Source of the DNA: a virus
Taxonomy: Duplodnaviria > Caudoviricetes
DNA length: 29,991 nucleotides
IMG/VR virus record: IMGVR_UViG_3300033407_000091
Span: 1-29,991 of that record
Direction: 5' to 3' (one strand)
Part shown: piece after piece, positions 16,675 through 26,600 of the stretch
Numbering within the stretch: position 1 is the stretch's first letter
Layout: every line of letters starts with the position of its first letter
The notes under the pieces: generated by a model
The model's database searches: none
What the model saw: only the letters and a program-made list of their open reading frames with translations
Told to the model about the DNA's origin: nothing
Made by a program: the position numbers and the translations under genes

Positions 16675-17124
16675 ATGCGAAGCATTCGCCTGAACGATAA
16701 GGACGCCGCGAAATACGGGATCCGCGTACTCTTGCCTTCAGCGGCGGGGTACGCGGATTTCACCGGCAAGAAGCCGGCCGTTGCAGCGACGCCGGAACCG
16801 CCGACTGAGCCCCAAGGCCCAAGCGTCACCCACGAAATCCGTGAGGATGGAACGTGGGTCGTCACGAGGGACGGCGTGTTCTTCGCGGACGGCGACAATG
16901 CGGAAGACATTCCGCAGGTCGTCGCATTGGCGGAATCCGGTGGGGAGTCATTCGCGCCGAGTTTCGATGTGCCATCCTTCGACGTTCCCGGGCGTCCCGC
17001 GCTGGAAAAGAACGGCATCAAGAGCGTGGACGATCTACGCGCTTACGTCGATGGCGGAGGTGTGCTCACGGACATCAAGGGCATCGGGGAGGCCACGGCC
17101 GTCAAGCTGCTCAGGGTGATCTAA
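16675..17124 (+). CDS. Protein with C-terminal helix-hairpin-helix motif
   Basis: LEKNGIKSVDDL...LTDIKGIGEATAVKLL is HhH-like. Confidence 0.65.
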   Translation: MRSIRLNDKDAAKYGIRVLLPSAAGYADFTGKKPAVAATPEPPTEPQGPSVTHEIREDGTWVVTRDGVFFADGDNAEDIPQVVALAESGGESFAPSFDVPSFDVPGRPALEKNGIKSVDDLRAYVDGGGVLTDIKGIGEATAVKLLRVI

Positions 17125-17483
17125 TGGCCGTCGTAAGCGGAGACTTCATCGCGCCGACTGGTGAACTAAGGGCCGATATGTTCCCCGGCGACACGCTCGC
17201 CACGAACATCGCGGCATGGATCACCAGTGCCGAGGCGAAGGCTCCCGACAACGACGATGCGCAAACCGCGTGGGTCTATTACCGGGCGTGGACGTCGGTA
17301 GCCAACCGGCTCGGTACGAACCCGGCTGAGGTGGACATTGAAGGGGAAGGGGGTGTCAAGACACTGAAAGAGCAGATCGCCTTCGCGCAGAGCCGCGCCG
17401 CCTACTGGCGCAGTGAGTACGAAGCCGAGTCGTCTTCGCAGGTGTCGCAAAGGTCATTTTCCATCCTTCGTTCTTTGCGTTGA
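17124..17483 (+). CDS. Putative head-tail adaptor
   Basis: ATG 17124 overlaps the upstream TAA; 119 aa, helical; neck-gene position. Confidence 0.55.
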   Translation: MAVVSGDFIAPTGELRADMFPGDTLATNIAAWITSAEAKAPDNDDAQTAWVYYRAWTSVANRLGTNPAEVDIEGEGGVKTLKEQIAFAQSRAAYWRSEYEAESSSQVSQRSFSILRSLR

Positions 17484-18085
17484 TGCTGTTTCATGACTCC
17501 GCGATAGCACAGATGAAGACGCTGTCCGACGACAGCCTGAATCATACCTGTGTTATCTCTGGAGCCTATTCCGGAGCGTGCCAGGTCTACGACGACGAAG
17601 TGCAGATAAGGCGAATGACGGGAGGTGATGCATCCTTCGACGCACAGGCCCTCATTCGCCTTCCGCATCAGTCGCATTCGAACTGGACGAATAAGACGTT
17701 CGACCAGGACAGTGCGACCGTAACGGCGACGTACGAAGGGATTGTGCAGACCGGAAGAATCAAAGCCGTCATGCGGAAGCAGGCGATGTGTTTTGTCGCC
17801 GTGAACTGGCTGGACGCGGCGGAAGGGTCGGATCTCGGAACGATCTCAGACCTTGCCGTCCTGGACAACGGCTCGGGAGGTGTCGCGCTAACCTTTACGC
17901 CTGCCACGGGTGCGACGTCGCATCAGGCGCAGGTAGATGGGGTGGACGAAGGGGCGTCGGTGGATGGGGATACGGGCATCATCGTGCTGTCGGGACTCTC
18001 GTCGGGAGAACAGGACTTCACCGTCATTGCCTCCGATGGAACGGACGAGACCACGAGTAACGAAGTGACCTTCGAGGTGTCATGA
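17480..18085 (+). CDS. Putative head-closure protein with C-terminal FN3/Ig-like domain
   Basis: Neck position. The C-terminal VALTFTPATGATSH...LSGLSSG...FTVIASD...SNEVTF segment is FN3-like. Confidence 0.5.
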   Translation: MMLFHDSAIAQMKTLSDDSLNHTCVISGAYSGACQVYDDEVQIRRMTGGDASFDAQALIRLPHQSHSNWTNKTFDQDSATVTATYEGIVQTGRIKAVMRKQAMCFVAVNWLDAAEGSDLGTISDLAVLDNGSGGVALTFTPATGATSHQAQVDGVDEGASVDGDTGIIVLSGLSSGEQDFTVIASDGTDETTSNEVTFEVS

Positions 18086-18579
18086 GAGTCCTGACGTCAA
18101 ATACATATCCGATGCCCGACGAGCTGCGGGCGCCGTTCTTGGAGGCGGTTGGAAGCCGCCTTTCGGGATACGTGGCGCTGCTCCAGCTTCTCGGCGGTGC
18201 GAACGTGAACGTTGGGGCAGACCCGGAAGACAAACCGGCAAGCGGGAAATGGTTAACCGTAGGATACGAGAAGCCGAACGGACCGGTGCCGGAGACTTTC
18301 GAGGGGTGGCTTACACCGAGACTGTGGATCAAGAGCGAGTGCCGGCGAAACCTGTTTTCGTTCGTCGATGCGCTTTCGTGGCACGGGGAGGTTCATGCCG
18401 AGGTGTTCAACCGGCTCGAGAATTACCGGCCGTCACTCTCTGGGGGACTAAACGGAGGAAATGGGTCAGTCGTCGAGCGGGAAGAGATGACGGCGGACAT
18501 CATGGTCGATGCGGACGACGACACCTATTACTTCACCAGCTTCTATTCGACAAGAATAATCGCCGCGCACGCGGCATAA
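18082..18579 (+). CDS. Putative tail terminator/completion protein
   Basis: Immediately upstream of the tail tube gene; typical size. Confidence 0.5.
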   Translation: MRVLTSNTYPMPDELRAPFLEAVGSRLSGYVALLQLLGGANVNVGADPEDKPASGKWLTVGYEKPNGPVPETFEGWLTPRLWIKSECRRNLFSFVDALSWHGEVHAEVFNRLENYRPSLSGGLNGGNGSVVEREEMTADIMVDADDDTYYFTSFYSTRIIAAHAA

Positions 18580-18593
18580 ACGGAGGTTAAACT

Positions 18594-19214
18594 ATGTCAG
18601 GCCAGGCAGTAGCAATTTCAGAAATCGAAGGCGGTGCCCGCTGGGCACTGATCGGCGATCCTACGACAGGAGCGGGCGCGGGCATGGTCTCGCTCGGCCG
18701 CGTAGTCCGTGCCACTCGCACCCCAGCCCTCTTCCGGCAAAACGTCCGGAATGAGGTAGGCCAGGTGCTCAAGACGTACGGAAACGTACAAGAGCACACG
18801 ATCGAGATCGAACTCCAGAAGCGTAGTGCCGCGATCCTCGCCGCGATGGTTCATGAGTATACCGATGAGACGACCTCCATCAGTATAGACGAGGCGTACG
18901 CGGAGATCGTCGGGGCAACGCTCTGCCTCGTGACGCAGGAAGTCAAGGACAATGGAACTCCACTCACCGACCTCACGACCGAGTGGTATACGTCCGTCGT
19001 CTCGACGAACCTCGGGGCGATCGCGAACCAGATCGTAAACGGCGACGATCAGCAGACCTATACGGTCACGTTCCTCGCGCAGACCGTGTCGACCGATCAG
19101 GACGGCCAGGCGATCAACACGAAGTACCGCCAGGCCTTCCGCGGCGATCCGGCCGATGCGATCAATGAGGTCACCCCTACGGCGTGGAGTTTGCCGACCG
19201 CATCCGGCTGGTAG
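18594..19214 (+). CDS. Major tail tube protein
   Basis: GGAGGT RBS, 206 aa, beta-rich; precedes the chaperone and tape measure genes. Confidence 0.6.
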   Translation: MSGQAVAISEIEGGARWALIGDPTTGAGAGMVSLGRVVRATRTPALFRQNVRNEVGQVLKTYGNVQEHTIEIELQKRSAAILAAMVHEYTDETTSISIDEAYAEIVGATLCLVTQEVKDNGTPLTDLTTEWYTSVVSTNLGAIANQIVNGDDQQTYTVTFLAQTVSTDQDGQAINTKYRQAFRGDPADAINEVTPTAWSLPTASGW

Positions 19215-19217
19215 GCC

Positions 19218-19823
19218 ATGTTTGACGTCGTCCGGTCGCTCGTCCCCGTTGAAGTCCATGTTCCAGGGCTCGGGGTCTACACGATACGGAGACCCACGCT
19301 TCAGGAGGCGCTTACCGTCATGGCGGGTGCCGAGGATGGGTGGGATGACATTCGGGTGGTCGTGGGGAAGTGGCTCCCACTTCGGTTGTCGTCAGCGCTC
19401 ATGGCGGCAGGTCCATCAGAGGCCATACCGGCGCTTCTCAGTCTATTGTCGGTGGGAATTCCCATACGACATGAGAATGACGAAAAGCGGCTGAAGCGGA
19501 AGCTCAGGGAGATGTCTTGGTGGGAGGTGGTCGCGGAGTATGCGACGTGGCGAAGAATGACGACCGATGAAGTCTTGTCGGAGGCGTGGCCGGCTTTCGT
19601 TGCCATGCACGCCGAGATGGACCGCATGAGGGCGCGCGAACAGTTAAGAGCGTGGGAGGCCGCTGCCGGGGCACAGACGGGCAAAATAGACGGCATGATT
19701 GAGCGGGCCGGATACGAAATAGCCGAATACGACGAACCCGAGTCAATGAATGACGAGTGGTTCGACCGGCAGATGAACGCGGCGAAGGCATGGCGCAACA
19801 GAAATCAGCAGGGAGAGGCGTGA
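19218..19823 (+). CDS. Tail assembly chaperone
   Basis: Lies between tail tube and tape measure; YTIRRPTLQE pattern. Confidence 0.55.
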   Translation: MFDVVRSLVPVEVHVPGLGVYTIRRPTLQEALTVMAGAEDGWDDIRVVVGKWLPLRLSSALMAAGPSEAIPALLSLLSVGIPIRHENDEKRLKRKLREMSWWEVVAEYATWRRMTTDEVLSEAWPAFVAMHAEMDRMRAREQLRAWEAAAGAQTGKIDGMIERAGYEIAEYDEPESMNDEWFDRQMNAAKAWRNRNQQGEA

Positions 19824-20116
19824 TGCTCAAAATTGTACGGTCCATATGGATGCACGGCCGCGTGTTCAAGCCGGGCCAGGAAGAAGCGTTGGAGATGGCC
19901 GGATTGACGGCGAAGGACCGTCGGAAGTACGTGCGGAGGGGGAATATCCGGGTGGATGGCGTGAAGGCCATTGATGCGAAGTCGTTCGCGGCGAATGAAA
20001 CGCCTGCGCTTGACTATCGGACCGTCGACGAACTCCGGCAGATCGCGAAAGAGAAAGACATCCCCTATTCCGGGCTCCGTAAGGATGAACTCATTCAGGC
20101 ACTTGGTGACGCGTAA
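19823..20116 (+). CDS. Small protein with C-terminal Rho-N/HeH-like motif
   Basis: ATG 19823 overlaps the upstream TGA. TVDELRQIAKEKDIPYSGLRKDELIQAL is a Rho N-terminal/HeH-type motif. Confidence 0.7.
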   Translation: MLKIVRSIWMHGRVFKPGQEEALEMAGLTAKDRRKYVRRGNIRVDGVKAIDAKSFAANETPALDYRTVDELRQIAKEKDIPYSGLRKDELIQALGDA

Positions 20117-23100
20117 TGGCGCTCAGACAGGTACTGACCCTCGACATATCTCAGCAGAAACGAGCGTACGGTGAGGCGAAGCGCGAGGCGAAGTCGTATT
20201 CGGACACGTCGAAGCGTGATGTAAACGCCGCACATGAAGACATGGGCCGATCGGCAGGCCGTATGTCCGGTATGGTAAAGACGGCGCTTGCGGGTGTGGT
20301 CGCGTTTATAGCGACGCGCCTACTTGGCGCATTGAAAGCTGTCACGAGTCAGCTCTTCGAAATATCTACGGCCGCCGAAGAAACCGAATCGAAATTCCGA
20401 ACGACCTTCGGTAGTTCCGCTGCCGTAGTAGATGAATTTCTCTCATCTTTTGGCCGGGTTGCCGGACTCACCCAGACTGAGGGGCGCGAAATAACGGCAA
20501 CGCTTGGTGCGATGTCGCAAGGATTTGGTCTCAATCAATCGGCCGCCGCCGAGTTCTCAAAGCGCGTAGTCCGCGCTGCGGCTGATATGGCGTCCTTCAA
20601 CAATTCGTCAATCGAGAATACGCTTCGGGCGGTCCAATCCGGCCTAATAGGTGAACAGGAGCCGCTCCGCCGATACGGCATTCTTCTGTCAGCAGCCACG
20701 GTTGAGCAAAAGGCTCTTCAAATGCGCTCCGCTGGCGTAACAGGCGAGCTCAGCGAGCAAGAGAAAGTGATGGCGCGATTGGCGCTCATCTATGAAATGA
20801 TGGGCGTGCAGGGTGGAGACCTCGAGCGAACGCAGGGCAGCACACAGAATACGATGCGCCGACTCACGGCTGAGATTCGGCAGCAGCGTGAAGCATTCGC
20901 CACACAACTCCTACCCGCCTTCGAGCAGGCGGTATTCTATCTGGGGCAGCTCATAGACCTATACAGGGATGCGGCAGATGCTGCGGGACAGGAGTTTGCT
21001 TCAGGAATTGTAGATGTCGTCACGGAGCTTATAGACCTTTTTGATAAGACGCGCGCAGCGACAGAGGCGGCCGTCGACCTCGCGCTCAGTTTTGGAGATT
21101 TGCGAGACGATGGAGAAGACGCTATTGGTGTTCTCGGCCGCCTCGGGTCCACGCTTGACTTTTTGCGCAAGGGGTTTGAGGGTGCCGCATTAGCGTGGTT
21201 GGGCTTGCGGCGCGTCATAGGCGAGGCGGATCTGTTCCTGATGGAGAGGACGGCAGTGACGGCCGCGGACCGCGAAAGCGTCGAGCGTCAACGTGAAATA
21301 GTAGACGCCGTCAAGGAAGAGCAGCAAGCTATCAGAGAGCGAATCGTCGTTCGGGAGTTTGAGTTGGAGCTTCTCCGCGAGGACCGTGCGCGTAGGCGTG
21401 AGATTTCTGACCTCCAGCGCCAAGCGCAAGCAGTGATGCGGGGCGACCTGGAGATGAGTAATAGGGAGCTTCAGAAGTTCATCCTATCGCTGGAGATTGC
21501 AGCTGCCGAAGCAACGCACGATAAAGAGGAATACTTCGCGCTGTCTCAGGCATTACAGGCGTTTGCGAGAAGGGCGAAAGACGCTGCGGATGGCCCAATT
21601 GAAGACTTCGGTACAAAGCTATCCAAGGCTGTTCTGTCCGCCAAAGAACTTGCAGCCGCTCTTAAGGAATTGAACGAAGAACGCTTTGCCGTCGTCGGGG
21701 ACCGAGGCATGGCCTTTGATCTTCCTATCGACATTCCTGACTTGACGGCCCTTGACACGGCGAATTCGCTGTTCCAGCGGGTGGCGGATCTGGACGTGAT
21801 GGAGCAATCGATCGACCGGCTCCGGCACGGATTGTCCCTTCTGAGACAGGCCGAAGAGAACGCGACAGATCCTATTCTGCGCGAACGCATTCGAAAATTG
21901 GCCGACGAGTGGGGGGTGTTTTTGGATCTAGCCGAGGGTATCACCCCAGAGATAAAAAGGGCCGCAGTAGGGTTTGATGCCTTCATTAAGGCCTCGCGAG
22001 GCATTACAAGGTTGGCTGATTCCTTCGGACTGTTATCCGACGAGCTTTCGGATGTTGTTTCAGGGGCGATCGACGCGGCTGATGCTCTCCAGGAAATCGA
22101 TCAGATCAAGGCGGACACGGACCTATCGGGCTTTGTAAAGACGGCCTCGCTTGCGGCTGGATGGGTTGGCGTTGTGGCGGGTGTGGCAACAACGGTCGTC
22201 GGCCTTATCGGGGCCATCCAGAAACGCGGCGAGGACGAGAAGAAGGCGACCGACGAGCAGATCCGCGCGATGCGCGATCTGGCGCAGTCCATCAAGGACT
22301 CGGCTAGATCGATTCGGGCACAGCTATCGGCCATACTCGGAGAGGGCGTCGTCGGCGGTGACATATCCGCATCCGACCTTCATGCATCGCAGGCGCGCGC
22401 TCGCCAGCTGCGAAATATCGTCGAGTCGCCCACGGGCACATTCGCACCCGGCGCGGCCCACGACATTATACAGAGCCTGATTGACGCGGGCGTGCTGGAT
22501 TCCGGGGCATCGAGTCTGTTCGATGACCTGCTTGAACAATTCGGTGGGGATCAGAAGCAGGCCGTCGCAGCGTTCCTTCAGAAGACCGGTCTCGAGCAGG
22601 CGCTCGCCGACCTGGCCGCGGCCTTCGGCACATTCGGCGACAGCGTTGAGGGCGCCATCGAGTCGACGCGGTTCATGGGACAGTTCCTCGGCGCCGATCT
22701 CCTGGCCCAATTCGAGCACTTCGTCGCGTTCCTCGCGGACAACGTAATACCGCTCGGAAGCGATCTCGGGCAGATGCTGAAGGAGGTACGCGGACTCGAC
22801 CTGTCCACACCTGAAGGCCAATCGCGACTAAAAGAGATCGTCGCGATCATCGCGGCATCCATGCCGCAGTTCCTTTCCGGCCTCGATATGTCTCCGGATG
22901 AGCTTCAGCGGATCCTCGAGCAACTTCTAGGATTTGCGGAAGGCGACATCTCAGCGGGGGGTGACGAATTCACCCGCTCCGTCCAGATCGCCCGCTCCAT
23001 CACGGAGATCCAGGCGAATGAAATGGTCGTCATTCTGGACGAAATGCTGATCGTCCTGAAGCAGATTCGCGGACTTGTCGGCGGCAGCTTCCCGGATTAC

Positions 23101-23349
23101 ACGGGCGGGGTGACTCCGGGGAATCTTCCGCCTGCTTTAGGCCAGCTCGTTACGAAGATCACACTGATGCCGTCGATGCCTGTGCCCGTGGCCCCTGTAC
23201 AGAACCAGAGCTTTTCCGCCAGCTTCGGGGACATCAATATGAACGGACCCCTGAATGAGCAGAGTATCCAGGCCATCGGCCGCGTGGTGATGGACGAACT
23301 ACGCCGCCGGTCAGCCGACCCCATTAACACCACGTTTCGCAGGATTTGA
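20116..23349 (+). CDS. Tail tape measure protein
   Basis: 1077 aa, Ala-rich and helical. Contains AADMASFNN...AVQSGLIGEQEPLRRYGI (tape-measure motif) and hydrophobic segments. Confidence 0.9.
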   Translation: MALRQVLTLDISQQKRAYGEAKREAKSYSDTSKRDVNAAHEDMGRSAGRMSGMVKTALAGVVAFIATRLLGALKAVTSQLFEISTAAEETESKFRTTFGSSAAVVDEFLSSFGRVAGLTQTEGREITATLGAMSQGFGLNQSAAAEFSKRVVRAAADMASFNNSSIENTLRAVQSGLIGEQEPLRRYGILLSAATVEQKALQMRSAGVTGELSEQEKVMARLALIYEMMGVQGGDLERTQGSTQNTMRRLTAEIRQQREAFATQLLPAFEQAVFYLGQLIDLYRDAADAAGQEFASGIVDVVTELIDLFDKTRAATEAAVDLALSFGDLRDDGEDAIGVLGRLGSTLDFLRKGFEGAALAWLGLRRVIGEADLFLMERTAVTAADRESVERQREIVDAVKEEQQAIRERIVVREFELELLREDRARRREISDLQRQAQAVMRGDLEMSNRELQKFILSLEIAAAEATHDKEEYFALSQALQAFARRAKDAADGPIEDFGTKLSKAVLSAKELAAALKELNEERFAVVGDRGMAFDLPIDIPDLTALDTANSLFQRVADLDVMEQSIDRLRHGLSLLRQAEENATDPILRERIRKLADEWGVFLDLAEGITPEIKRAAVGFDAFIKASRGITRLADSFGLLSDELSDVVSGAIDAADALQEIDQIKADTDLSGFVKTASLAAGWVGVVAGVATTVVGLIGAIQKRGEDEKKATDEQIRAMRDLAQSIKDSARSIRAQLSAILGEGVVGGDISASDLHASQARARQLRNIVESPTGTFAPGAAHDIIQSLIDAGVLDSGASSLFDDLLEQFGGDQKQAVAAFLQKTGLEQALADLAAAFGTFGDSVEGAIESTRFMGQFLGADLLAQFEHFVAFLADNVIPLGSDLGQMLKEVRGLDLSTPEGQSRLKEIVAIIAASMPQFLSGLDMSPDELQRILEQLLGFAEGDISAGGDEFTRSVQIARSITEIQANEMVVILDEMLIVLKQIRGLVGGSFPDYTGGVTPGNLPPALGQLVTKITLMPSMPVPVAPVQNQSFSASFGDINMNGPLNEQSIQAIGRVVMDELRRRSADPINTTFRRI

Positions 23350-23360
23350 GCGTCCCCGCT

Positions 23361-23600
23361 TTAAATATCGCGTATCGACACGATGATTCGGTCATTCGCC
23401 CGGAAGCAGATGGGATACCCCTTTTCCTCCAGGGTGCCATACAGAAGCTTCGTCGTAGCCATTTGAGTCGTCGTCTCGTTGGTCGTGGTGATGATGCAGC
23501 CGCTCCTACCACCCTGAGCCCCTGCCAACCGGAACACGTCGGAGGCGTCGTTTACCTCGGCGTATCCACGTGCCGTCGTGTGGTATTCCTCTTTTCTCAT
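23361..23600 (-). CDS. Hypothetical protein (reverse-strand insert); alternative is + strand 23346..23624
   Basis: 79-aa ATG-started ORF filling the gap between tape measure and tail tip genes. Confidence 0.35.
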   Translation of the reverse strand: MRKEEYHTTARGYAEVNDASDVFRLAGAQGGRSGCIITTTNETTTQMATTKLLYGTLEEKGYPICFRANDRIIVSIRDI

Positions 23601-23624
23601 GAGCCTGTTTTACCTGCAATATAA

Positions 23625-26600
23625 GTGTCCGTCCCCACTTCCATATCAGCCATCGACATCCTGACGGCGGACCGTTCTGCCGCCATAGGGTCGATCGGGG
23701 ACATCCGCGACTATGTCTCGGGCGCCACCGTGAAAGGACGTCTCATGCAGGGCGAGGGTCTGACGGTGACTCTTGCGGCCGGGGTGAACACCTTCGACGC
23801 GATCCGGGAGCTTGCATATGGACAGGTATTGGATATCTCCACGTGGACGAACCAGTATTTTATCTCGAAAGTCCGCCGCAACTATCCCGATCTCGGTGGA
23901 CTGCAGATCGAGGCCAGGGCTTACTACGAGCGCCTCAAGTTCTCCCGGTGCAAAAGGACCTACGACGAGACGAAACGTGTCGACCGGGTCTTTACCATCT
24001 ACGCGCAGACGCCGGAGGAAGCACTCGACACCATCATGGACTCGGCGCCGTCCGGATTTGCGGCGGGCTCTGTAACAGCCCTTGCTACCGATCAGAAGAC
24101 GGCGAAAATCACGCTGTCGCTGGAAGACGATACGCACTGGACGGCGATCGAAAAGCTGTGCGGCGCGATCGAGGCGAAAACCGGCGTGGCGTGTGAGTTC
24201 ACATTCACCCGCAACGGCGACACGTACGAGGTCGATCTCGTTCAACAGGTTGGGATTTCAGGGAACCGCTCCGTCAAGGCGGGCGGGGGTTCCGTTTCTT
24301 CCCCCTCGAACCGGTTGAACCTCCAGAGAATCACCCACGGCGACGACTACTTCTCCCGCATGTCGGCGGTGATGGGCGACGAGGCCGAGAACATCACTTT
24401 GGGGAGGGACTTCGATGGCCGGCCGATCCACTGGAACGTACAGACGGCGACGCCGGGATCCCCTTCGGCGGGACGTACGACGCTAACGCTCTCCGGCGAA
24501 CCCGTTCCTTATGACGACTGGGGGACGGGCGCGGGCGACGACTCGCCTCATTATTTCGGCAACGATGCGGAAGGGTTCTTTGCGATAGGCGATTCAACCT
24601 ATCCGAATACGATCGTCCTTCAAACCGGCACGACCGAAATCGAAGATGGGTACTTCGCCTCGGATTCCCAGGGAACGGCGCTCGACTACATCCGGGCGTC
24701 GGACGTGGAGGGTGATTACGGAATCGTCGAGAAAAAAGCGCCGGTTCAGGGCGCTCCGGTACCCAACCTCATTCGACGGGCAGGGGATTCCGATGACATG
24801 GAAACGTTCGTTTCCGGCGTGCCGGACGGGTGGGTCAAGATCCTGGGGGCTACGACGGTAGCCCAGGTTACCGACGAGCGGTACGCCGAGATCGGGACCA
24901 ATTCATGCCAGGTACAGGCGGCGATAGGCGGGGGGATTCGAAGCGGGTTCTACACGGTCAGGGGTGGGCTTGCATCCTGTCTCGTGAGAGTCGCCGTAGA
25001 GGCGGGGGAAGTCCAGGTCCTGATGCGGGACGAAGAGGGGAATACCTTTCCCGGCCCCGACGAAGGCCAGGCTATCTCGTCTTCCCGCGCTCTTCAATCA
25101 TTGGCCGTCGGCGTCTGGAACACGTTTGAGGGCACGGTCGCTGTTGAGATCCTCGCCACGAAGCCCGGAACGGTATTCTACGTCGATGCGGCGACACTTA
25201 CTCCGTCTAACGGCTCCTACGACTGGCAAGCCGTCATGGGCGGCCGGGAACTATGGGCCGAGGCGGGACGGATTCTGACGCTCGATGGGGGTGTCATCTG
25301 GAACGAACTTTCGGGTTCGTCGATCGACCTCTCCGAAGTGACCGGATTCACCGACTTCGACGCCTTTGAACTCGGGGCCCTCGTCACGATTCAGGACGGC
25401 TACAACGACTCTGTCCACGACGTCAACTTCTCGACCCGGGTTCTAGAGTTCGAGAAGTCCATCGTAGGGAGTGCTTACGAGGCCAGGTGGACGGCCGAGC
25501 GGGTCCGAGACGACTTTATCGACTATCTGAGGGCAGGGAAGCCCGTCCGCCCCCGCCCGGTCCCTCAGACGCCCGTCACGCCGCGATACCCGCCTCGGCT
25601 ATCGGTTGAAAGGGAAGACGTAGCCGACGCGGACGGAGGGGGGAATCCCGGTGTGACCTTCACGCTCTTCCCGAAGACGTCCAAAAACGAGGACCTCGAG
25701 AACTGGGAGATTTTCGTCTCGGTCGACGGGGAGGCGTTTTCGTCTCTCGGCACGGACGAGGATTCTTTGGTGTCCGATCCCGACACCGCGTACTTCATCG
25801 GTGGGGGCTACGCCTCTAGTCTCGGTACGACCGCGCAGCCGACGTACTCGGTTGTCTACCCGCCTGATGACGGGTCGGTCAAGTCCGTCCGGTTCTACGT
25901 GGTGGCGAGGTCTACGGGGCTGGCGTCGGAGCCGGTAGAGTATCTCGTGCGAAACCCCGAGATAGCGGCGGGGCAGATCACCGGAACCCTCATTTCCTCG
26001 CAATTAGGCGAAGCGGCGCAGTCCTACGGCAAGACGTTCGCCTTTTCCTCTGCCGATGCCGATACCGTCGCGTGGGGAGCGGGAGTGCTCACGATGGCGA
26101 GCGGAGCTGGATTCAACATCAACGCCGGCAATACCGGCGACATGGTTTTCGGGTCGATATACTTCATCTATTTGGACCCGGACACATCCACGACGGACCT
26201 CCAGGTATCGACGACGAACGCCGATGCGGTGGGCTCAAGGAAGGTCTTATTAGCCGTTGCCCAGATGTCCCTCGTTTCCGCCTCCGCGTTCTTCCAGGAT
26301 GCGGTCGGGATTCTCAGCCTGACGAACGAGCAGCTTGCCGTTGACTCGATTTTAGCAGCCAACATCAAGGCGAATCAGATCGCTGCGGTTCATATGACGG
26401 CTGCGTCGATTGAAACACTTCATCTTGCGGCGAATGCGGTCACGACGGACAAGCTGAATTTCACTCCTCTTATTTCCACGTCGGGGACGGGAAGCATTGT
26501 CGCTACCATCAACGCGACGGCGGAAGGGATACGGATTTCCGCCGGGCTGCTTGAAATCGACGCTACGACGACGTTCGCGCCGGGATTCGATCCGACGACT

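Noticed and set aside
19218-19823. Programmed -1 frameshift in the tail chaperone
   Set aside because: I identified no convincing XXXYYYZ slippery site with a following alternative frame by eye.
20027-20056. Self-target of unit U2 in the HeH gene (DELRQIAKEK)
   Set aside because: Only 6 of 10 dinucleotides match, which is compatible with chance among common codons.
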